DNA from: Octopus sinensis
Lineage: Eukaryota
Direction: 5' to 3'
Length of the DNA: 64,000 nt
Assembly (NCBI RefSeq): GCF_006345805.1
Contig: NC_043015.1
Location: 6,882,001-6,946,000, forward strand
In this document: piece by piece, positions 51,797-64,000 of the stretch
Position numbering within the stretch: position 1 is the first letter of the stretch
Layout: each line of letters opens with the position of its first letter
Program-made: the position numbers and the translations under genes
The notes under the pieces: generated by a model
The model's database searches: none
Seen by the model: the letters and a program-made list of their open reading frames with translations, nothing else
What the model was told of the DNA's origin: nothing

Positions 51797-53784
51797 GTAT
51801 GTATATATTATAAATATATTTATAATATATATATATATATTTTAAATATATATATATACATTTATAATATATATATATTATAGATAGATAGATAGATGTC
51901 TATAATGTATATATGTATATACATGTGTGTATGTGCATACATATAAAAGCATACAATTGCACACAAAATGCGGACATACACAATTACATTATATATACTC
52001 AAACACATTCACACACACATGCATATGTGTGTGTGCTTGTACGTATGTATATATTTCGGTTAGGCATTACCTGTCTAATAACATATTAATGACATATATT
52101 TATGCTTCAGAACGAAGTGTTAGTCAAGTAATAAGAAAAAAATTGTTGACAAAAGAATAAACGATTATCTCAGGGACTTCATTATCTTACAGTTGTTTCT
52201 GTAAAATGCAGAGTAGATTCATAGCTGAATGTCTGTGTAACAGCGTATAGCTTCATCGGAGTCTTCGTAAGATAACCTTTTATCCCTTTGTCATCTTTTT
52301 TCCATGTGTGTATGTGTGTGCGTGTGAGTGCATTTGTTTGTTTGTATGTGTTTGCCTCACAAACATCGCTTGACAACCCGTAACTTAGCAGTTCGGCAAA
52401 TAAGACCGATTGAATAAGTACTCGGCTTGGAAAGAATAAGTCCTGGGGTCGATTTGCTCGACTAAAGGCGGTTCTCCAGCATGGCCACAGTCAAATGACT
52501 GAAACAAGTAAAATGAGTAAAAAGAGTAAAAAAGAGTGTATATATGTATGTATGTATAATGTATGTATATAACAATTTAAACTGATATAGTTATAAATAT
52601 ATTATCATTATCATCATTGTTGTTGTTGTTGTCATAATAATGCTTATATTTTAGTCTAATATGCTCCGTAAGATCTATTTATATTTACTGTTCTGAGTAG
52701 TTCCCTAGGTTTAGTATTAACATTATATTTCAGTTTTCAAGTCTAAGAATAGATTTTCCCCCTCCACCAGAGATGCTTACCGAAAGAAAATGTTGGATTA
52801 AGTTGGGTTTTTTTCTTCATAACGTAAAGTTTTTCCATTACTTTGGCTTCTCCTTCTCAAGATCTCCATCAACAACTTTATCAAAGGCCATTTTCATTTG
52901 AAGAAAATTTTCAGATTACAGAATCAAGTTTTGATAAATGCTACTACGTTCGACACCAAGTTGCAGCCAAAAATTATTTCCACTAATTCCCCAAACGACC
53001 TTCAAACATCTAAGAACATCATTCGTTCTTATGTCTTTGAGGCGTTTTGACTACGGCAGAAGAAACGCTTTATTACATTTCATAAAAAGCTATTAAATAT
53101 TTCAAATTTCAACTCTTACACTGTCGGAACGAGATGCACTCTAAAGATCAGAACGGTAAAACGATGATCAGATAAGCAACATCAAACATTAAAAACTGAT
53201 GATCAGATAAGAATCTTCAAAGGGAAACAGTAAGAAAAGGAAAACTATAAATAGACATATAAGCAAAGTTGCCAAACAGGCGTGGCCGTGTGGCTAAGAA
53301 GCTGGCTTTGCAATAATGTGGCTTTAGGTTCAATCCTACAGCATAATACCTTGGGCTGATCCAAGTGCCTTCTGCTCTATTGTTTTCCAGCTTAGCATCA
53401 TGACAAATGCCTTGTGAATGAATATAGTAGATGGAAACTGCAGAAGTCTTATATATGTACACAGACACAAACAAGCATACAGAACAAACACACTCACACA
53501 CATACCATACGAAATTTACTCACAAGACGTGGGTCTCGGGTAGTAGAAGAAACTATAGTAGAATATGTCTTCTCTAGTGGTTTTGTATGTTCCCCGCTCC
53601 ATGGTTTGACAAGAGGTGTTTGTTTGTTTATGTCCTTATAACATTAGTTGATCGACGAAGTCATAAAATGAGTATCACACGGAACATGGAGAAAAAACAA
53701 GGAAAAAACAACTATGACCGATTTGTTTGACTAAAATCTTCGAGACAGTGATATAGCAGAGCCGCAATTGAGTTACCATTCTAG

Positions 53785-54490
53785 TCACCACCACCACCCC
53801 CACCACCACTACCACCACCACTACTACCACCACTACTATCACCACCACCACCACTACCACCACTACTATCACCACCACTACCATCACCACCACTACCACC
53901 ACCACTACCACCACCACAACTACTACCACCACCACCACCACTACTACCACCACCACCACCACCATTACTATCACCACCACTACTACCACCACCACCACCA
54001 CCACTACAACTACTACCACACCCTCCACCACACACACTCTACACCACCACCACTATACCACCACCACCACAACACTAACTACCACCACCACCACCACCAA
54101 CCACCACTACCACCACACCACCACTACTACCACCACCACCACTACCACTAACCACACCACCAATTACTACCACCACCACCACCACCACTACTACTATACC
54201 CACCACCACCACCCCACCACACTACTACTGAACCAAACACTACTAACCAACTACTACCACCACCACCACCCCACCACTACTACCACCACTACACTACTAC
54301 CACCAACCACCACTACTATACCACCACCACCACTACTACTACCCACCACCACCACCACTACCACCACCACCACCACCACCATTACTACCACCACCATCAC
54401 CACTACTACTACTACTACTACCATCACCACTACTACCACCACCACCACCACTACTACTACCACCACCACTACTACTAAACTACTATTAAT
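53785..54490. repeat. degenerate (ACC/ACT)n microsatellite
   Basis: Directly visible (poly-H/V/G ORFs). Confidence 0.95.
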
Positions 54491-55109
54491 AATAATAATG
54501 ATAATCCTTTCTACTATAGGTACAAGTCCTGACATTTTGGAGGAGACTGTAAATCGATTACACCGGGCCTGAGTAATTAAGTGGTCTTTATGCTATCGAT
54601 CCCGAAAGAATAAAAGGCAAAGTCGACCTCGGTGGAGTTTGAACGCAGAACGTAAAGACAGGCGAAATCCCGCTATCGATACTGTCAGCTCGCCGCCTTT
54701 ATAAAAAAAACACAACAACAACAGCACCAGTGTTTGTAAGAGTACTTAGAAGGATTAAAAAACTATCTTATTTCAGAATGATCCCTGACTTACCATTCAT
54801 GCATGCAGGAGTGCAAAAGATTGTTTTGAGTAGTACGAAACACGTATTGAGAAAAGTATCGTCACTGAATGTTCTTTCCGTTTCATCCCCTTTCTTTGTT
54901 GTCTTGTTTCTTTTCTATTTGTTCATTTTTCCTTTTTCTCTTTCTTTCTTTCTTTTCTTTTTCTTTCTCTATCACCTATCTTGACTTTGTAAATGAAAAT
55001 CTGGTGTGTTTATTTTAATTACCTACGAATGTATACATTGGAGTTCGTTTTGCCGTAGGTATAGGGAAGACACTCGGGAAGAAATGGAACAAAATTGAAA
55101 GAAGAAACA

Positions 55110-55375
55110 TAATAATAATAACAACAACAACAACAGAAACAACAACAATGAATTAGAAGAAGAAAAAGAAGAAAAGCAAGAAGAAGCAGAAGAAAAAGAA
55201 GAAAAAGAAGAAGCAGCAGAAAAAGAAGAAGGAGAAGCAGAAGAAGAGCAAAAGAAGAAGAAGCAAAAGAAGAAGAAGCAAAAGAAGAAGAAGCAAAAGA
55301 AGAAGAAGCAAAAGAAGAAGAAGCAAAAGAAGAAGAAGAAGAAAAACAAGAAGAAAAAGAAGAAGCAGAAGAGTA
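55110..55375. repeat. (AAC)n/(GAA)n tract with a 12-bp AAGAAGAAGCAA higher-order repeat
   Basis: Directly visible at ~55250-55340. Confidence 0.9.
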
Positions 55376-55933
55376 GCTAAAAGAGGAAGAATCCTATAGA
55401 TATTTTGCCAGTGTTAAATTGTGTTTGTCATTGCTTTGATGATCATCACAATATCTTGATTCACAATATACCTGACAATTCATTCTTGAACGTCGTTCCT
55501 TCAATGCGATTAAGACTTCTAAGTTATTTAAAGAAGATAAACTACTTTCTGCAAACAATTCACTTTCATGATAAAATAAAATCCAATTCACCCGAGCGGT
55601 GTCAGCGGTTTCAATGACATTTGCTATCTACTTTTCCATTTTGTCTTCTGTTATTTACCATGACCAGGCGTTGAGCTGGTGGAATCTTCAGTGCGTCGGA
55701 AAAATCGCTTAGTGGGATTTCTTCCGGCATTTTTCAAATTTGCCTTTCGTCCACGCAGGGTCGATCAAAGAAACATCAGTCGAGCACTAGGGTCAATGTT
55801 AACCACTCATTCACACATACACACTCACACACAGACTAACACACACCATATTACAAACACACAAACTCACAAACAAACACATGCACAAATTTAAGCCTTG
55901 TACCCATTGCACAAGGCGTCAGAATCGTTAGCG

Positions 55934-56344
55934 GTGAGCTGGCAGATACGTTAGCACACAAGGCGAACTGCTTAGCGGTATTTCGTCTGCCGTTACATTC
56001 TAAATTCAAATTCCGCCGAGGTCGACTTAGTCTTTCTTCCTTTCGGGGTCGATTAGATGAGTACCAGTTACGCACTGGGGTCGATATAATCGACTTAACC
56101 CGTTTGTCTGTCCTTCTTTGTCCCCTCTATGTTTAGCCCCTTGTTGGTAGTAAAGAAATAGGTATTTCGTCTGCCGTTACGTTCTGAGTTCAAATTCTGC
56201 CGAGGTCGACTTTGCCTTTCATCATTTCAGGGTCGATAAATTAAGTACCAGTTACGCACTGGGGTCGATGTAATTGACTTCATCCCTTTGTCTAACCTTG
56301 TTTCTCACCTCTGTGTGAAGCCCCTTGTGGGCAATAAAGAAATA
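55934..56344 (+). mobile_element. SINE family A dimer nested in an older SINE head
   Basis: Junction GAAATA|GGTATTTC at 56160|56161. TSD ATCGTTAGCG occurs at 55924-55933 and 56345-56354, and an older SINE head/core continues at 56345-56470. Confidence 0.85.
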
Positions 56345-57854
56345 ATCGTTAGCGCAGAGGCCAAAATGCTTAGCCACATTTCTTCTGGCTTTACATTCTA
56401 AGTTCAAATTTTGGCAACGTAGACGTTGTCCCCTCCTCTTTTCGGTGTCTATAAAATAAGCAACTGTTAAATACTGGGTGAGATCTAATGGGCTAGCTCC
56501 CCCTACCGACACACCACAACACATCAGGCTTTGTAACCAAAACGAAAAGAGTTATTTTGTCTAACACAAACAACCCATACACAGATATACGGATACACAC
56601 TTATTGACCCCCATTACTTTCTTGTGTCACTCTAAATTATAGTAGGATTTAAGTATTATTTTCCCTAAATTCCTTCAGCCACAAAAATTGCAAAGAGAAG
56701 CTATGTAATTATTTTTGTCTGTAGTACTGATGCAAAGTTTGCTAAAGAAATATAATGGTGAATCCTATATGTTGGAAAGCTATATGTTCATCTGCTCCGA
56801 GGAGAGAGGTGTATTTCAAATTGGCGTAACTTTTTCATTGATCGATTAAATGGAGCCGTTTGAAACGGCCGTAATGCACTGATACCTGGACATCCTTGAT
56901 ACTTACTTGCTTTTTATTCACCTAACTTCGAGCTACGCGGTACATAGGTATAGAAATAAATATTTAGATATTCATACATGCTTGTACACTTATTATGTAT
57001 GTTCTATCATTTACCGTTTACTTGTTGCAGTCATTGGATGACAGCTATGCTGGGACAGCGGCTTCAAGGGATTTTAGTCAAACAATTTCGATCCCAGTAC
57101 TTATTTTTAAAGCTTAGTACTAATTCTATAGGTCCCTTTTATTGAACCACTATGTTACGGGAACGTAAAACAATTCGGATAGTCAGGTAGCGGTGAAGGA
57201 CAAATATCACTGAAAAACACACACACACACACACTACCACAGATGGAAACACACATAAACGATGAGCTACTTTTAGTTTCCGTTCAAGAAATCCGTTCAT
57301 ATGATTTAAGCTGGCGGTGTACTATATTAAATGACACTAAGCCTAGGTACCTCACACACTGTGGGACTGAACCCAAACTCACAGGCTTGAGGACCAAACT
57401 TCCTAACCACACAGCTATCCTTGCGTCGAAATATCTGCTCACTTTCTTATTATATGTTAGCTAGACAATGAACTTCGGAAATACTTCGCAAAAAATAAGT
57501 AGAATGTGGTAACATTTCCGACACATTTCACCATATTTCAAAGGAGTGGGTTAACTTGTGAAAGCATTCTGTGACGCCGAAGGAGCGCATTCTGTTAAAT
57601 TCATTTTACATCAATGATATTGCGGATTTCCTTTACGATCCTATGTCTATTTTATTAATTCCGACGTACAAGTATTCTTCATATTTTGTTCTCCTCTCTG
57701 ACACACCCCGTTTAATCTCTCACTACCCCCTACTCTCTCCCTCCCTTTTTCTATCTTTCTCCATTCTCTCTGTCGCTGCTTCTACATCTCTTTCACACTC
57801 ATACATTTTTTTAAGGAAAATAAAATGAGGCTAGTAACATCCTATTAATTTACA

Positions 57855-58078
57855 TGTACATACATCATACATACATGTATATACGCATATATATATATGT
57901 ATATACGCATATATATATATGTACATATACATATATATATGTACATATACATATATATATATGTACATATACATATATATATATGTACATATACATATAT
58001 ATATATGTATATATACATGTACACATGTGTATATATGCATACATATATATATACACATACATACATATATATATATAC

Positions 58079-58111
<33 letters not shown>

Positions 58112-58246
58112 AACATATATATACACACATACATATATATACATACACATACATACATATACATACACATACATACATATATATATATACATACATACAC
58201 ATACATACATATATATACATACACATATATATATATATATACACAC

Positions 58247-58278
<32 letters not shown>

Positions 58279-59085
58279 ATATATATATATATATACACAT
58301 ATATATACATATATATACACACACAAACATATATATATATATATCTATATAGAAATAGATAAATGTGTAGTGCGCGCGTGTGTGTACGTGAAAGAGAAGG
58401 ATGTGTGTGTGTGTTGTGTTTGTTAACATAGATGCATCCAGTAATGTTTACATAGGTATGCAATTGTAATACAGGTAAGTATTTTAAAACCAAGCTTTCA
58501 AGTATTGAAATCCACTAATGGAATGCTCCAGTGTAGTTGTATCTAAGAATGCTATGAGCATCGATTTCACTCTCCGGAATAATAAATGATAATAATCGAC
58601 GCATATAGACGCACATACGAGCACCTGCGCACGCAGTTACACACGCGCACACACCTCCTGTCGTATACACAACTGCAAGCTCATAACAGCAAATAACTAG
58701 AAACACATGTAAACTCCGAAACACACACACACACACACACATTAGTATGTTATATATGTATGTAGGTATGAATATATAGATACATATATAACTATACATA
58801 CATATACATATATAAATATGAGATCTATATATACACACCCTCATACTCAGTTACATGACATATATATATATATATATATATAGTTATATATACATATGTA
58901 TGTATAGTTATATATATATATATATACATATGTATGTATTCACAGACACATTTAGATTTGCATACATGCATATCCATTCATATATATATATACACATATA
59001 TATATATATATGTTTACACGCACACCCACACGAACACAAGCGCACATACACATATAGGTTGTATATATATATATATAAATATATC

Positions 59086-59140
<55 letters not shown>
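57855..59140. repeat. long (TA)n/(TACA)n arrays
   Basis: Directly visible. Similar arrays lie at ~20630-20980, 24900-25515, 32120-32520, 39310-39785, 40080-41340, 51690-51930 and 60250-60590. Confidence 0.9.
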
Positions 59141-59142
<2 letters not shown>

Positions 59143-60253
59143 AGTGAAAAGCAGTTGTATGATACAACGTGGGAGGCACGAGGGTTGCAAGGAAGCAAGG
59201 AAGGAAGGTAGGAATAATAAAAGAAAGGAAAAATGAATGAGTAAGTTTTTTTTCAAATGTATGAATATATGTAACAGAGTACGAAGGAAGGAGACCATAA
59301 TGGACAACCGGTACGAAAGGAGGTAGAGAGAAATACATATTAGATCAAGATGGTTGCTGACATTTAAAATGTCACATGATACGGAAGAATTTTTTTCCTC
59401 CCCTCCTGCCGCATTTCAGATTCTTTTATTTGTGTATTTGCTTATTTATTTATTTATTTATATATTTATTTATTATTATTCTTTTACAGTCTGTTCTGGG
59501 AAGCATTTTTGGGCTTCATCAAGAGGAGTGGTGCTTTTTAGATGGTGAATGGATGTATGGGTGAAGAAACATATGATACTTGATGGTTTAGGAATCTGAA
59601 TTGGAAGGTAGGTAGGTATTAAATAAGAAAACAAAAGTAAAAAAAAAAAAAAAGAAGAAAAAAAGGAAATTTAAGACATCGAAAGCTGTTACGGTATACT
59701 CCTTAAGATAGAAATTACCCTATCGGGTTTCCTGGCAAACTTACCATTCTTTCAATGGTTTAAGTATTTATTGATTTCTTTATTATCGATTTCCGAAAGA
59801 ACCTCTCCCTCCTCTTTTTCATTTATTATTATTATTATTATTATTATTATCATAACTACCACTATCATCATCATATTTTTCTGTAATTTTTATGACATTT
59901 TAGCATATTTCTTTAAATGAAACATTTAAGATTTTCGATTCTTGAGAATCGATTTGAATAAGTTTTAATTTTATTTTCATTTTTGCGTTGATTTTATTTT
60001 TTTTATTTAGTTCTCCTTTTCTTTCTTTTTTTTTCTTTTGGTAAGTTCAATATATTCTATGAAGTTTTCATAATTTTCACATTATGTTTTAGCCTTGATA
60101 ATCTGTTTCGCATTTTATTTCTTTTTCTCTTTCTTTTAGGTTACTTTGATATTTCCTGGTCTTTGATGAGTAACATTAGAAAAAATATTTTCCCCATAAT
60201 AGCAGCATAACACCGGAGAATGTTCATAATCTTCAAGTAAACTCGTAATGTAC

Positions 60254-60297
<44 letters not shown>

Positions 60298-60506
60298 ATA
60301 GATAGAGATAGATATAAACACACTCAAACATACGTAAAATATGTATGTATGTAGATATACATATACATATGCAAATTAAAATCGCATATAGAAAAGCGTA
60401 ACTGTATGTATGCATATACATTATATATATTATATATATATATATATATATTATATATGTACATATATATATATATGTACATGTATATATGCCCTCATAT
60501 AAGTCC

Positions 60507-60543
<37 letters not shown>

Positions 60544-61100
60544 TTGTGCACACACACATGTATGTAGCTATGTACGTATAAGCACATACGTACACAATTT
60601 TAATTTTTTGAAAATTAACCTCAACTTTATGGAGGAAAACTATTTTAATATTCTCACCTACTCTGCATTTCGATCGGTTTGATTTTTTGAAAGTCAACCG
60701 GTGAATTATTCTAATATGTTATGCTATGTACATGCATGAGCCTATCATTAAATGGGAGCAAAACTACCGCAACTTCACAAAAGTTGGGAGTGTAAATCTA
60801 TTCCTATGCTATCCCGGAATTTTACACGCGCGCGTATTATTATTATAGCCAAAATGGTAAGTGCGTCACCCAGAATGCCTTTGTGTTGTTTCGGTCTATG
60901 TTCGGTGAATCCTATTACACCCGATTCTCATTACTTTTCGTGTTTTTCTAAGAATGGTGAAACACGTACCAAGCATAGAACGAGAATTGATATAATCAAT
61001 TTAATCTCTTGAATACTCTCTATCTACTGCAATCTTGAAATACTCTCTATAAATTTTCATCAGAGAGAACAATACAAATATCATTCGGGAATTATTGGAT

Positions 61101-61482
61101 TGGAAGCACTCCGTCGATTACCACGACGAGGGTTCCGGTTGATCCGATGAACGGAACAGCCTGCTCGTGAAATTAACGTGTAAATGGCTGAGCACTCCAC
61201 AGACACGTGTACCCTTAACGTAGTTCTCGGGGATATTCAGCGTGACACAGAGAGTGACAAGGCCGGCCCTTTGAAATACAGGTACAACAGAAACAGGAAG
61301 TAAGAGTGAGAGAAAGTTGTGGTGAAAGAGTACAGCAGGGATCACCACCATACCCTGCCGGAGCCTCGTGGAGCTTTAGGTGTTTTCGCTCAATAAACAC
61401 TCACAACGCCCGGTCTGGGAATCGAAACCGCGATCCTACGACCGCGAGTCCGCTGCCCTAACCACTGGGCTATTGTGCCTCC
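61101..61482 (-). mobile_element. SINE family C, full length
   Basis: Near-identical architecture to 19830-20210. The approximate TSD is TCGGGAATTAT (61085-61095) / TCGGGGATTAT (61483-61493). Confidence 0.9.
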
Positions 61483-62003
61483 TCGGGGATTATATGTGTA
61501 TCTGTCTAATATTAGAATAGAAAATATTCTATTATTCAATCCATAATATAATAGAGACTGAGACAGGAACAATTTTAATGAAATACTTAGAATGCACATA
61601 ATATACCATACCGTAATACTGGACACGCTCCAGATAGGTAGCGAAAATCTTTAATAGAAATTCTGCTGGAACTAACCTAAAGATGTTTGAACGATATAAG
61701 ATCGTAGATTTCTTACTAAACTCCAAAATTATACGTACTAAACATCTGTGTAAACGTAAAATAGACTGTAGAAATAGAACTAAATGCTACTCTTTGTGGA
61801 AAGTTTTAACGTACTGTCCCGTTGGAAAATTTGTATATGGCTCGAAATAGGCGTACAGGATTAACAAAGAATGCGGCTTCGTTACACAGAAGCTAGAGCA
61901 ATTCAACATCATAATTAAAATATGTTTATTACAATAAAATGTAGCATTACTGGCAGTAATTTTAATTTCCGAATCCTTAAACGGTATATTCTGCGCTCAA
62001 CCC

Positions 62004-62037
<34 letters not shown>

Positions 62038-62062
62038 CGATAGATAGATAGATAGATAGATA

Positions 62063-64000
62063 ACTTTCTTTTATTAGCCACACAGGGCTGAATACAGAGG
62101 GGACAAATACAAATGCAGAGCTTTTCTTTTCGAGGGTGGAAAAAAATAAAAAATGTAAGATTGCGATCAAAAGGGATCGAAAGGAGGAAAAAAAAGGAAA
62201 AAAAAGAAAATCGTGTATCACAGAAATAATGGTGTAAACATTGATATAACAAGATTGGGTTCATCCGTGGGAAGAAAAGCCTACAGAAAAGACCACGGGA
62301 ACCCCAGTCAGGGAGGAAATAAACACATGAGGTCAAAAATGCTCTCTTTCTTTCTTTTTTACGATCTACAGGATCATGCTCAAAATGGTTTCGTTACTAG
62401 CACGCACCATCTTTGCAACATTCACCCATCTTTTTTTGAATCTTTCGCGAGACAAAACTTCCCTCTCCATTCTCACCTTCCTTTTCAAGTGGTACTTGAA
62501 AAAGTTGATGAGCGATTGGCCAGAGAGGTAAGTGTTTGTCTCTAATCCTTTCGCTCGAGTCCACCACACACATTCTTTCACCATGGCCACCAGTACGATG
62601 AAAACTGCCTTGCCTTCCGGTTGAGGGAAGGGGGCGGAGCAATTCTCACGATAGACTCGGCCGATAGGCGGATTCGTCCCACACGTGACAGCAGCCGTTC
62701 GGCATAAGCCCACAGGTCGGAAATGGTTGGACATTGCACGAGTGCGTGCAGAACGGTTTCGTCGCTCTGACCGCATCTCGGGCAAGTCGGTCCAGTGTGT
62801 CTGGAACCGTGTCTGTAGAGCTTATCCCGAACAGGTAATGCTTCTCGATAGCACTGCCAGGCCAGGGATCTTTGGTGATTGTTCATAGGTCCCGGCCCGA
62901 AAGTTGTCCTGAACAGGCGGGTCAGGTGTTCCTCGTCGACGCCCAGACTCTGCCCGAGTTCGTCGTCGCACCTCCCCTCCTCTAATCCTCTATAGAATGC
63001 CTTTGTTGTGATGGAGTCGCACAAGTTCGATCCCGGACGGCAGAGTTGCTTGAGAGCAACGCGACACTCGCGGTGCCATTCGCCTAGCCTCGGTCTCTGC
63101 TTGATCCATGACTGTAGTTCGTCCAAGGAGACGAGCTGCGGGAAAGCGCGCCGCACAAAAGGCGACCACCCCTGTTCACCGTTGTCTATGAAGCGCCGGA
63201 GATGTCGCAGTCTCAGCGCATGTCTGCGCATCATCAACCACGGCATGCCCAGCCCTCCATTTAGCGGGTGTTGGCAGCAAATGGATCGCCTAACCATCGG
63301 AACGTTTCCCTTCCACAAGAAGCGGAAGAGTATGGGTTCCAGTTTGGTGATGGTAGGGTCGGGACAAGGCACGACGGTCAGACGATACTCGATGACGGAT
63401 GCGATGTACGCGTTCGCCACCTCCGCCCGACCTTTTAGGGATAGCTTTCTCTCAGTCCATTTCTGGGTGAGAGTAGCCACCCTAGTCGTTATCTCGCCCC
63501 AGTTCTTCTCCATTTGGAGGTCCGGACCGAACCAGACCCCGAGCAATTTAACCGGTCCGTCCGTCCAGCGTCCCACGATGGAGACGCTGTTGGACGGCAT
63601 GGGCTTGCTTCTCCAGGTGCCGAGCCGCAAGCCCACTGACTTTTCCCGGTTAATTTTTGCTCCCGTTACCGCTTCGTATTCTTTCAGTGTCTCGCCGACC
63701 AGCTCGATGTGCTCGTAGCTCGACACTATTACGGTGACGTCATCCGCGTATGCAGACACGCTCCTCCCGCATCCCAGCTCTCGTGGGATGCCCCTCAGCG
63801 TCGCCAGTTTCCGCAGTAGTGGCTCAAGAGTCAGTACATACAGCAGCGATGAGAGGGGGCATCCCTGACGAACCGAACGCATGATGTTAAAAGGTCTGGA
63901 TAGATGACCATTTACGCGAACTACTGAGCGGATGCCGCTGTATAAGGCAGCGATCCAACCGCGGAAAACTGGACCGAAACCAGCCGCTTTGAGGGCAGCC
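62063..64000 (-). mobile_element. L1/Tx1-clade LINE, 3' portion (continues beyond window)
   Basis: RT ORF2 plus a ~300-bp 3' UTR ending AATAAAAGAAA followed by (TCTA)n. It is GC-rich relative to its surroundings. Confidence 0.92.
62366..63999 (-). pseudogene. LINE ORF2 (reverse transcriptase + zf-RVT), one apparent frameshift near 62600-62620
   Basis: RQGCPLS, YADDV, GAKINREKS, GGLG and CPRCGQSDETVLHALVQC (CCHC). The frame is open from the window end to 62578, and the natural C-terminus (KGKAVFIVLVAMVKECVWW...KRWVNV) is in another frame ending at 62366. Confidence 0.88.

Noticed and set aside
52860-53060. Short stop-free stretch after a pyrimidine-rich AG
   Set aside because: About 60 codons, no recognisable product and no evidence beyond chance.
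54788-60862. ATG|GTAAGT 'first exon' signatures at 54794 (-), 59745 (-) and 60854 (+)
   Set aside because: A 9-mer of this composition is expected about once by chance on both strands of 64 kb (rough estimate). There is no supporting promoter or downstream exon.
9517-61063. Other CTGANGA hits (9517-9523, 17388-17394, 19099-19105, 37160-37166, 44898-44904, 53196-53202, 61057-61063)
   Set aside because: Each lacks a correctly placed GAAA, stem II, UH triplet or stem I partner.
19830-61482. tRNA genes
   Set aside because: A/B boxes are present, but they run into SINE bodies and no complete cloverleaf with acceptor stem could be built.

Overview
AT-rich, microsatellite-dense eukaryotic DNA. It is most likely from an octopus or other coleoid genome; I infer this from the SINE families and (TA)n/(CA)n density, not from a search. 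No host protein-coding gene can be firmly supported. Almost all ORFs in the track are microsatellite or SINE artefacts, and there is one weak candidate exon at 13216-13482 (-). The window contains three abundant tRNA-derived SINE families (called A, B and C here) and the 3' half of a young L1/Tx1-clade LINE (62063-64000, -). It also holds a mariner remnant, several Penelope-like element (PLE) remnants, a non-autonomous Helitron, several MITEs and a 100-N gap. Two signals stand out. (1) SINE A shares its ~43-nt 3' tail with the Tx1-clade LINE. It also forms dimers to tetramers that join at the same position in its own tRNA-derived head (GAAATA|GGTATTTC, 10 junctions in the window), including chimeras with a different SINE tail. 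This points to a SINE that retrotransposes into its own head using a site-preferring Tx1 machinery. (2) There are minimal type I hammerhead ribozyme motifs: two well-formed (1492-1537, 33267-33310) and two decayed. Two of them lie inside fold-back elements. In addition, an 85-bp exact inverted templated insertion sits inside a fold-back element.
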